Below, in pieces: positions 42,980 through 54,300 of a stretch of 64,000 nucleotides of DNA. The stretch covers positions 251,614 through 315,613 of the forward strand of contig NW_002060944.1 in assembly GCF_000150275.1 (NCBI RefSeq). Reading direction: 5' to 3'. The DNA is from Trichoplax adhaerens. Taxonomy: Eukaryota > Animalia > Placozoa. Within the stretch, counting starts at the first letter, position 1. Every line of letters starts with the position of its first letter. The notes beneath the pieces are model-generated. The model did not search any database. It worked only from the letters and a program-made list of their open reading frames with translations, and was not told where the DNA came from. The position numbers and the translations under genes are program-made.

Positions 42980-43010
42980 AAAGCTTATATACCCCATTAC
43001 AAAATATATA

Positions 43011-43222
43011 CAGACAGACATAAGTATAGACTTCTATCCAATCAACAACCTTTCAGCGTAACGCAGACAGACATAAGTATAGACTTCTATCCAATCAACA
43101 ACCTTTCAGCGTAACCCAGACAGACATAAGTATAGACTTCTATCCAATCAAAAACCTTTCAGCGTAACACAGACAGACATAAGTATAGACTTCTATCCAA
43201 TCAAATACCTTTCAGTGTAACG
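43011..43222 (+). repeat. 4 x 53-bp tandem repeat in the viral intergenic region (CCAAT-containing; enhancer/iteron-like)
   Basis: Units start at 43011, 43064, 43117 and 43170: CAGACAGACATAAGTATAGACTTCTATCCAATCAAcAACCTTTCAGCGTAACn. Flanked by TATA-like motifs at ~42985 (minus) and ~43253 (plus). Confidence 0.93.
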
Positions 43223-43336
43223 CGGTATAGTTATCGCGTGGTGCCTGAAAGGTATATATTAGATAGCCCCTGCTGTAAATCTTTTATACGCGATACAGAA
43301 ATCACATTTAGTAGTGCGCATGACAGAAATCATATT

Positions 43337-43718
43337 TAGGTCGGATGAAACAATGAAGGGCGTAGTACAGTACTGTTGTTCTATTCTCAATCTCTTTTAT
43401 GTCTAGAACTTACACATAATAGCTCAAAGGTTAAAGATCCAGTCGCTTATTCGCTACTACGGAATAGAATGCTGCATTAATAGCGTCATAATCACTGCCT
43501 GAACATTATTGGCTACAGTTTGTACGCTACTTTTTATTTAGAAACAAACTTGCCTAGCTTTCAATAACAAGGCGTAAAATTATAACCTATACATCTCGTG
43601 ATGGTGGTTTAAAAGTACAGTATAAATTGAGCTGACCAAGGCATTTTATTCGAGTATGTCTACATTCCATGTATACGGAGGGTGACATTCAAAACTTGCT
43701 AAGCGGATCGGTCACTAA
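43337..43718 (+). repeat. Host-derived segment inside the viral intergenic region
   Basis: Matches 56107-56490 and 37079-37455 with an internal deletion. The last 36 bp (43683-43718) is an inversion of the adjacent host sequence. Confidence 0.88.
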
Positions 43719-43721
43719 TCG

Positions 43722-44165
43722 ATGACGGCCGTGAGAAGATATGCTCGAAAACAATACAGTCCTCGCCGACGTACTTGGAAGTCCGGCAACAAGTTCAAGC
43801 GTCGGAACTACCGTCGAAAACGTGTTGGTACTGCTACTGCAAAGTTTAATGGTCCTGTTGGAACTGTACGCGGTCCGTTTCCTGCGCGTGAACGCGTCCA
43901 ACTCACGTACGCCTTCGTCAGACAATTCGACCCCAGATTGAATCAGAATGTAGCATTTGCTTGTGTATCGCTTACTAATATATTTGATCCTGATCCAGCT
44001 ATCGGTGGATCTCAACCTGTGTTCAGGGATGAAATGTTCCAGTTGTGTGATCACGCTGTTGTAATTGCTGCTAAAGTGGAAATGTGGATTTCTCCTTCTG
44101 GTTCTAATAATAATTCTTTAGATTATATGTTATGTTTACTTCCCCGTGATAAAACTCTATATTGA
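43722..44165 (+). pseudogene. cap: CRESS virus capsid, N-terminal half (truncated)
   Basis: Arg-rich N-terminus (RRYARK..RRR..KRRNYRRKR), then PFP.R..V.LTY, N.IFDPDP..GGSQP..RDEM..L.DH.VV..AKV; ends NNNSLDYMLCLL. Confidence 0.87.
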
Positions 44166-44319
44166 TACCCTGGAAAATAATCGACCCTGAGATTTTCTAC
44201 TGTTGTTATGACCCAAGCTATCAAAATCTTCAAGAATCGAGGTATGGAATACTCTTACGATTTTATCATACATTCTATAACTACTTAGCAGTATTAAAAT
44301 TAAATTTCGACATTATATA

Positions 44320-44470
44320 GCAATATTGAACTTGTTTATGATGCTCTAGGCATGGATGATGATGCTCGAATGATGTATAGAAAATTTCGGCTTTTCTCGA
44401 TGACGGCATGAGTGAAATTGAAAGAAAGATCAGGCAAGAATTGTATGCACTGGAAGTAACACCATCTCCT
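44320..44470 (+). pseudogene. Possible degenerate TPR-repeat exon remnant
   Basis: NIELVYDALGMDDDARMMYRK resembles the TPR consensus NIG.VY..QG.YD.AL.MY.K; a frameshift follows. Confidence 0.35.
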
Positions 44471-46828
44471 ATTACGTATCTGCAAAGTAGAACTTACAAG
44501 TTGGATAGTTCATTGTGATCCATGCCTTGGCAAAGTTAACTGAAGAGTGCTGCGTCCAAAATGATTCCGTGTGCAAGCTTTTGGTGTGCTTCTAGAAGAT
44601 GGAGACTCTCTCGCCAGTGTCGCATCAGTAGATATCTTCTCGGACATGGTGCTAAAAGTATGCAAGTAAGTGCGTTGCTATTGATTGCAGAATGGTTCAC
44701 TATGAAATTAGGTTACGTTATTGCTTCAGCTGGAATGTTTATGCAGTAGAAGAGATCTATAAGAGTATCCAAGGACTTTTGATTAGACAGTAGACACCAT
44801 GTACTGTATTATATGTCTTGTTTCATCTTGCTAGTTTATGATTAATTAATAGGAGAAGAGAGTAGCAATGAATAGAAATCGTTATGGATTTGTAGTGGTC
44901 AATAAGGTCCATGATAGGACTATCCATTGTAAAATTGGTATAATCCCTAACTGTAGATTAACATAACTAGTAAATAACCCTTTGAAATGAATTTGAAGGC
45001 AATCGGCACAAAGCAATACGTTAAAAGAAAATGAACACATTGACAATTTACTTCATAATCAGCTTTTTACTCTTATTGTGCATATCTGACTTGATTAACA
45101 TCAAATTAATTATCATTTCACAATACTCGTTATTCTATATAAAAATGGTTGATATGATACTATACATTTTAACTATGAAAATGCAATCAGTGCTAGTATA
45201 AATAACTGATACATAGAATTACTACTCTTTAGATCTAGCGCGACAAGTTCAACAGGAATCTCAGCTGCCAATGCTCTCAACTAGAGACGGTAACAATCTA
45301 TTGTTCTTTGAGCTGAAGAAACAATACAGATAAATTTGATGATCTATAGTTCATCTCTTATTATGTCTATAATTGTGACTTCATTCTTGAGTAATGTACA
45401 GTCTAGAATAAATATCATTAAACTCATGACTGTATACTTATGTACTAGCTTTGCAGTACCGTCATAAAATAATTTAGAAATCGTATATTTGCTGGATAAT
45501 TTATAGAGATGATTTAAATATTACACTAGTAGGTAATAACAGTAACAGTTTGCATTGGACTTTACATGCTGATTAAAATTCAGAAATGCTATAATATAAG
45601 ATTGTTCAAGATATGCCATTGTGGATATTTCATTAGACACTATATAAGTCTAATGAGCTAGACTTCACAAATTTCTAAATTTTACTAATTCTGTTTTAAT
45701 TACAAAATTACACTTTAAAGTAGCATTAATACTGCTCTTCCATAAAAGATTTCTATTGCTATCCGCTGTTAGTGTTTTAACAGTATCCTATGATGGGGAG
45801 GAAAGCATGATCTGTATAATTTGTAGGACTTCAAAATATATCCTACTATTTTATTCACAGTGGATGCATATGAATACGAAATAGCAATTACAATAAAAAC
45901 CATGGTAATTACTCAGCCACTTTTTGCCATTTAAATGTCAAGTTGTTCGCTTTAATAGCTCCAAGGAATGAGAATGTCAAAATCTGTATCATTTGTAATA
46001 TTTAAAAACATATTACTATCTATTCAATGTTGACGAATACGAATAGAGAAGGTTCATATAGATTGGCCTTCTTGAAGCATTTGAATATGCAAATTAGCAT
46101 GAAAAACGGTCCCATTATCCAAGCAATCCTAAAAAAAGTTCATATATAAAAAATATAGCACTAAAGTAATGTTTGGGACCAAGGGGAATTTCACAAAAGA
46201 CAGGTATGTGGAGTAAGGTCTGTCTGTGGCCTAGACACAAACACTACTTGATTACGTTATGGTTGGGTAGTTTGTCGATGGTAAAGTACAATAACAATTA
46301 ATAGCTCTTTATGCCCAGATGACGTTAAATATACTGAACTACAGTTATTAACAATGGCGATTAATATTTAACGGTTTATTTACACATGTTGCTCGTTCTT
46401 CTTTCCTTCGATATTGTATAAGTACTGTACAATATGTCTATTACCATATGCAAATTAATCAAAGCAATCCTATCAATAGTTCATATATAACAAAAGAATT
46501 GGGTGGGGGACTTAGGGGAGCATACATCGATGAATATAGTACAATAACATATATATACAGTACTGTACAGTACTCCAGTTATTTACATTGGCGATAAATA
46601 CTTGACACGTGTTGATCACTCTTCATGCCTTTGATATTGTATAGTATAAGTACGATCGAAAGTTGTCTATTGATCATTTGGCCTCACAGTTCTTCACTAG
46701 CTCTTACATTGAACGGAACTACCTAGATTGGTAAGTCAATACTTTGAATTTGCACTTTATTTGTGATGCGAGTATTTCTGATAGTTTCAGTAACATTCTA
46801 GCAACAATTGGTATGACTCCTTAAAAAC

Positions 46829-47150
46829 TATTAAAAAAGATTTGCCGATAGTACGATAATTAAAAATTAAATCAAAAATTAAAATTAAATTAAAAATTAA
46901 AATGAATATTAAAAAAGATTTGCCGATAGTACGATAATTAAAAATTAAATCAAAAATTAAAATTAAATTAAAAATTAAATTGAATATTAAAAAAGATTTG
47001 CCGATAGTACGATAATTAAAAATTAAATCAAAAATTAAGGTTAAATTAAAAATTAAATTGAATATTAAAAAACATTTGCCTATAGCACGATAATTAAAAA
47101 TTAAATCAAAAATTAAAGTTAAATTAAAAATTAAATTAAAATTTAAATTC
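46829..47150 (+). repeat. 4 x 78-bp A-rich minisatellite nested in a copy of the dispersed repeat
   Basis: AAAAAAGATTTGCCGATAGTACGATAATTAAAAATTAAATC... recurs at 46833, 46911, 46989 and 47067. Confidence 0.9.
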
Positions 47151-48172
47151 AAGATTAAAGAATCAAATGAGTGAAAAAGGCTGTAAATATCGTAGAATGG
47201 ATATTCTGGTAGTTTAAGTAACATGCTACAAATAGTATGACTCCTTATAAACTATTAAAAAAGATTTGCCGATAGTACCGATAATTATAAGTAATTATAA
47301 TGCATTGTAAAATTCACAAAAGACAGGTATGTGGAGTAAGGTCTGTTGGCCTAGAGACAAGCACTACTTGATTGCGTTATGTTTGGGTAGTTCATCGATA
47401 GTAAATAACAATAACATATAAATATACTGTACTACAGTTATTAACAATGGCGATTAATATTTAACGGTTTATTTACACATGTTGCTCGCTCTTCATTCCT
47501 TCGATATTGTATAAGTACAATATGTCTATTACTATATGCAAATTAATCAAAGCAATCCTATCAATAGTTCATATATAACAAAAGAATTGGGTGGGGGGGA
47601 CTTAGGGGAGCATACTGTACAGTGTACACTGTACAGTAGATCGATGGTAAAGTACTGTACAATAACATACTGTACAGTACAGTACAGTACAGTGCAGTAC
47701 TGTACACTACTACTGTACTGTACTGTATACTGTACAGTGTGTTTCAAAGTATTTTGTCACTTTGAAAAGCATCAAGCAGTGATCTTAATAAGCAAATACT
47801 GATTAAAGTTGTTACATTCCATAGCATTTGAGTTACATTTTCACTTGACATCTACATTTTCCCTTTACATAGTCTTGTTTAATCATAAAATCAAATTAAA
47901 CGCAAAGTTCTCTACTGTACAGTACAGTACAGTATCTGCTTCGCAGGAGTACAGTACTGTAGAGTTGCGTCACCGACCTGCAGGACTTTAAATGAAACGG
48001 GCACAATTACGTTATGTACTGTACAGTACAGTACAGTAAAGTTAATCAATCACTTGATAAATAAATAAATAATAATTTCAAAAAAATCTAAAAATCTATA
48101 ATATTATACGTTTGTTAAAATAACTACTCTAATTTTGCGTTCTAATTTTCTTATACTTGGAAGTTGGCAATC

Positions 48173-49135
48173 ATGGGATCATTCATATCAATATTGAGGC
48201 GTTTAAAAATAGTTCAATTGGGATACTATCGCAACCAGGTAAATGCTCGCTCTCTTTTAAAGCCATGTTTAACGTGCACCATAAATCTTGCAACCAGTAA
48301 GATTATTTAATGCTGATAATTGTCTTGATCGAACATATGCAATTTACTTGTACAAATGTAGTGTGACAACTGCGAAGAAGCTGCATCTTTGACTAGGCAG
48401 TCCAAGGCCTTTTATGAAACATTCACAGTACTTAGAGCTCGTCTCGTGGATAAGCTTCAATATACTGCAAAATGCAATGAAATTGCTAGCAAACTATGCT
48501 CTGAGTCTGCGATCAACGAAACACAAGCCGTAGAAATAAAGAAGTGCTCAGATATGAAAGAGTAAGTTAATTAATTAATTTCCGATTATTTATTGCTCCG
48601 AACATAACCTGATTACAATTCTGTATGCAGTGCATTATAATGTCCTGTACTATACTGTACACTGTATAGAACTGTATTTGATGTTCTTCTTCTTACCTCT
48701 ATGGTACTCACGGTCCAGTCAGTCAATAATTGTTACAGATCCGCTTTCCGTATTATTTAGCTATGCAGCTCCGCGCGGATTATATAATCGGAGGTAGAAA
48801 TTTTGTGGATGCGTAGATTCGCTGCGTCCGTAGTAGTGACTATATACTGTATCTAGATCAGATCTAAGTTGTACAGTATGTTAATCTTTGAAATTATTCT
48901 AAATGTTTCATATAAGCAACAGCTAATTAGGAAGTTATCATACATATAATGTTGAATTTTCTAACTTAGGCAAGAGAGAAAGCTATTGGATGTTCTCATT
49001 GTAGGCGGTTTGGAGCCTATGAAGGAATTTCTAAGCATTTTATATTATTACAACGAAGACGAAGCCGAATATTTAGTAGAATTTATAAATAACAAATTAG
49101 GCGATAATGAGAGATTCCCAACTATTGTACCTTAA
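48173..49135 (+). CDS. Small CARD-only protein (143 aa) with N-myristoylation motif; exons 48173-48238, 48362-48561, 48970-49135
   Basis: All splice sites are canonical and in phase (66+200+166=432 nt): MGSFISILRRLK..LRARLVDKL..EIASKLCSESAINE..EIKK..QERKLLDVLIVGG..MKEFLSIL. Same phase-2 intron position as the other CARD genes. Confidence 0.72.
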
Positions 49136-51330
49136 ATGTTACGTATATTAATACTAATTATATTGCATACTATGCCACTGAAAGATACTACCGTATCATT
49201 TTTATGTATTTGTTTATTGTAGTGTATTTAGAATATACTGTAACTATATTCTACTCTTAAATATAGACATGTTGTATTGATCTTATATTTAGACATATCT
49301 ACAGTCTGTTCGCTCTACATTCAAGTATGGCTTACTACGTTTAGTTATTGTAGTCCTCGCTATTTTCTACAATCATTTGCTATTCTATAACCTGTTACGG
49401 TATCTGTTGTATCTAATTCTACAATCATGCTCTCTGCATGTGTTCTAAAGCCATAGCTATAAATACTGCCGTGTTCTTCCTTAGATTTGTTAAGTTGGAT
49501 TATTAGTCATAGTTAGTATTCACGCTTTACTCACGGCAGCTACCACGCTGACCTACCGTAATTATCACACTGTACCTAGTTACTATCTACAATAAAGTAT
49601 CCTCTTTTCTTAAGCTCCTTGTGCAATTCTCTGCATGGCAACTAAAACCACATTATCTGACTCTTCGAATTCTCCATCACATTTATGTTATCTAAATTGC
49701 TGAAGTATGATGCTTGTAGCTATGACGAATCAATTTATCAAATTGATTGCGCTGTTACCTTTGTAAATCATTGCAATGATGGATTAATTTCTGAAATCAT
49801 AATGCTGGCATAGCCGTATTGCTAGAGTATTATTAATTGTGAAGTAATAGACTGGATTAACTTGGAAGTTATCGCGACACTTTANAGTGCGGTAACATTG
49901 ATTCCAAGAANNNNNNNNNNNNNNNNNNNNNNNNNNNNNNNNNNNNNNNNNNNNNNNNNNNNNNNNNNNNNNNNNNNNNNNNNNNNNNNNNNNNNNNNNN
50001 NNNNNNNNNNNNNNNNNNNNNNNNNNNNNNNNATTACGCGATTACTGTAATCTTACGGAGCTCTACTATAAAAGCCTAACGGGCTTTCAATAAACTTCAC
50101 TTGTACCTACAGATCCACTTAGCTTATTGATTGACAACGAGGACATTATTGCTACAGATGCCAAAATTATAGTTGAACTCCATATTAAAAGGTAGAATTT
50201 TATAGTCTACAGTTAAAAACTTTAGGAAGTGTTTATATTTCCTGTTACACAGGTATTTTGCTATTCGCATCACACTTGCTTGATTAGATTGCTGTACTTT
50301 ACTATCTAATAACATTAAACCGAAATTGAGTGACGAGCTAAATACTGTGATCTTGTAGATGTAATAAGCCTTCCGACGCCATTAATTAAGTATATGTGCC
50401 GCAAGTGTTATTGTATTCTTATGTACTCTGCCACCAAATAATACCTTAGAAGCACGAAAATCTATGATCTGTAAGATTTATAAATATCGAATTCAGATTC
50501 AATTGCGTATGAATAGCAATCCGATATAAACCGGGAAAATTTTCTGGCACTGCGTAGGTCAGTAGACATTAATTTAAATTAAAATTTATGTAAACACTCG
50601 CATTTGCGATTAGCTTACGATGGTTAGGTCTGTATCATATCATAACATTAATGATTACATCCAAGCAATGTTACGGTGTTTGGTAAACGGTCATAGTTGG
50701 CAAGTAAATGTTTTAAATTTACGCTTTATTTGTGATGCGAGTATTTCCGATAGTTTAAGTGACATGTCCACTGCTACAAATGGTGTGACACCTTGAAAAC
50801 TATTAAAAAAGATTTTGCCGATATTACGATAATTATATACTGTAAGATTCACAAATTAACACTACCCAATGAAACTGTAGTGCTGTTGATTAAGAGTTTG
50901 TCGCCAATATGATCTATAGCAAGTTGCAGAATCAGATGAGTCAAAAAGGCTGCGAGTTTCGCAGCATTGATATCCTACAATAAAGTGATTTTATGATTAA
51001 ACTCTTCATAGAGAACAATGCTTCTTCACTTGGAGTGTACCGTGAATCTTGTGTTTCAATTATCGTAATTGAATTAATTTATTGACACATTAATTTGAAT
51101 TAATTATTTATTCATGACGTGTATAATACTGTTTGTACATTGTTCAATACAGTACATTCAGAGGTCTGGTGAACAGTATGTGTTAACGGAGGCCACATCT
51201 TATGCTGCTATTTCTAACAACTACGTGTAGACCGCTTTAGTATAATCGTACTTAATACATATTCTTATAACAATTAATTTCCATATCATTCGCTAAAAAT
51301 AACTACTTTTACGTCTAGGAATTGACAGAC

Positions 51331-51393
51331 GTGGGATTATTGATATCACTATTCCAGCATTCAAGAATTCAAAATAGATGCTGTTGCAATCAG
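51331..51393 (+). pseudogene. Orphan exon 1 of the myristoylation-motif CARD gene
   Basis: GTG GGA TTA TTG ATA TCA..AAT CAG|gtaaat (ATG>GTG). Exons 2-3 are deleted; the sequence jumps to the homolog of 31856. Confidence 0.65.
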
Positions 51394-54300
51394 GTAAATG
51401 TTAGCTCTCTTCAGCTATGTTTAACACTTGCATCAAATCTGCTATTTCTGTTTGACGACTTATATTATTTGAAAAGCAGACTTTATGTTATTATTCCTAA
51501 ATGAGCCTACAATATTATTTACTTCAGAATTAAAATATTTCATGCGCTTATTAATGTAAATATTATTATTAACAATATGAAAGGCTTTGTATATCGAAAT
51601 TTTATGGACAATTGTGATTTATAAAAAATGTCCGTTTTAATTCACTATTTTGAGTTATGATTGATCTAGTATTATCAAATCTGTAATATTACAGTATATT
51701 GAATAAAATGTAACATTATGATTACGCATGATTACGATTGCATGTAATTATATTGAATATTTATTATAGCTATAATTTTTCGGGAGAAGAAATCGGAATT
51801 ATGATTCTTATAGCTATAGCGATGACGAGTCAATTATAATATTGACTGCTGTTGCATATTGTAAATCTTAGCAATTCCGGATTAATTTCTGAAATCATAA
51901 TGCTAGCATAGCGTAGCCATCGTCATGGAGTATTAGTAATTGTAAATTAGTAGACTAGATTGTCTAGGGAACTTACCGTGACACTTCAAGTGCGGTAACA
52001 TTGATTCCAGGGACGAAATAAAGTAGGAATCAAGTCTTAATTAATGTTATGCCTTAGTAGTTAGTATATATGAAAGTTATACTGTACGTACAGTACACTC
52101 GTACAGGCTATTGTTACAGATGTCAAAATTATGGTTGAACTCCTTAGTAGGAGATAAAAATTTATAGTCTACAACTAACAACTTTAGAAAGTGCTAATGT
52201 TTCTCTGTTCACAAGTATTTTATTATCTACGCTAGCTTGATTATATTACTTTACTATATGATAACATTAAACCGAAGCTTAACATCTTACTAAATACTGC
52301 AATCTTGTAGTTTTAATAAGGTTTCCGAAGCCAGTAATCACGTAAGGGTGTGTTACGATTTCAGCTAATTACAGTAGTTTTGTATACTACAGGGTGATGC
52401 AGGTGTTGTTGTATTATTAAGTACTTTATATCCATACAATACTTAAGTAGCACGAAAATCTATGATCTGTAAGATTTAAAAATATCGAATTCACATTCAA
52501 TTACGTATGAAAAGCAATCCAATACAAACTGGGAAATTTTCTAGCACTAAGTAGGCCAATGGATATTAATTTTAATTTAAATTTGCTTCAACAACGGTGA
52601 ATACGACTACCTTACGATGGTTAGAAAGCGGTTATAGAGGTGGAAGATAAGCCTCTTAAGAGTAGCATTGCCATATCTACAATCTAACACGACTGCCGAC
52701 ATAGGAGTGCCATTATTGTAATAAAGACCTAGATTTGTAGTCCGTTGATATCTTTACCTCCATAGTAGCGATTGATTACTGAATCCTGGAGCAATTTGTT
52801 GCAAATTTCGATCGCTAAAATTATTTAAATAGATTTCTGTAGCATTTTTGTGTTTAAATCCTACATCGGCGATTGTGGCAATATTTTATAAAATTAAATA
52901 GTAGTGTGTTATGATAACACGTGCGTTTAATTTGCAAAGAATAATCTCGTCTCAGTAACGTTACGATATTCAATACTGAAATAAAATAATACCCGTACAT
53001 CTTATGATAGAGAGTTCGAAGAATCAGCGGCCGCGGACTGAGTAGCAATTTACAGAAAATATGTAAGGGATTGCAATAAAAGTGAATACATTATTGTAGA
53101 CAGTAATAGAGGTACAATGCGGTACTTACGGTAGATCAGGGTGTAAGCTGTCGTGAAGTAACGTGATGAAGTACTACTGCTAGGAATAGTGCTATTGACG
53201 AATCTGAGGCAGAAATCATCAGTAATTATAGTTTTAGAGAGAGAACACACGCAGAGAACAGTATTGTAGAATTAGATACGTTATATACCATAAACAGGCT
53301 ATATAGTGGTAAATGATTGTAGGAAATAGCGAAGACTGTAGGTGCTATAAATGACTTAACATGACATGCTATATTTAAGCTTAGTTGAAATAGACTGTAG
53401 AGATATCTGTATTCGGAAGATAATAAAATGTCTATATTTACGAACATGTCTAAAAACTACAGTGAAACTAAATACACTACACATCCAAAACTTTGTAACT
53501 TTATTAAAGCTTGAACTTTTTTCATAATTTTTGGCATATGAACACAGATAGAGAACTCAGTAATAGCTTAATGCATCGAGCTGCCTCATACTGTATTTAA
53601 AAAACTATTTTACAATAACTTTATCCGTAATACTGGAGCTTTTCATTTATCAAACGGACAAACTCTTCCATTAATATTAAGTACGGTACAGTAAGTAAGT
53701 ATTTTATATATTTACATTTAAAACTGCGCTGGCTAAGTTCTAAGAACTACGTCAATTTTTCCCTGCAGGAATTACTTAGCGTCTGCAGTACTTATAGCCT
53801 TCGAGAAGCGAATAACGCAAAAATAAAATAGGCACGACTTACAGGATAATTTAATCGCTGTTGCAAACCTTTAGCGTTATTACCTATTCATAGTGCGTAT
53901 TTATTTATGCAAATTTGTAGAAATTACGGTATCTAATCTACTGAAACTTTGTTTATGTCTGCGTTGGTTCCAACATCCTTTAGAGCTAAATAGTTTGTAA
54001 TAACCATTCTACGCGTATATATATTTGAAGATATTATACAGTTTATCATGTAGTACGTTCAGTTGTTTCCCTAACTTTAGTGAAAAAAAAAAACCTTATA
54101 ATTTCTTATTTGGATAATATTAACATTTAAAATGTTGTTTTGTTAACTGGTAATGTTTTAATGGTAGAAAGGTTCTGTTACTGTTTAACAACGTAGAAGT
54201 GATCAAAAGGAACTGCTTTGAAATAAGCACGTGTCAAATGCATTGGGATTGGCTGGTAGCAAGGTTAACAATCAAAAATCCCGTGATTTAAAAATTCTGA

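Larger units (their letters stand above)
41856..44155. mobile_element. Endogenous CRESS-DNA virus (EVE), near full-length, circularly permuted: capC> <rep - ori - repeats - host insert - capN>
   Basis: Rep and Cap homologs in ambisense layout with an ori stem-loop. The left flank 41334-41856 matches host 54016-54539, which continues without virus (empty site). Confidence 0.9.

Noticed and set aside
43011-43222. Possible CRISPR array
   Set aside because: Contiguous tandem units with no unique spacers, no cas genes, and a eukaryotic context.
46787-47224. 145-aa hydrophobic repeat ORF on the minus strand
   Set aside because: By-product of a 78-bp (26-codon) A-rich minisatellite within a non-coding repeat.
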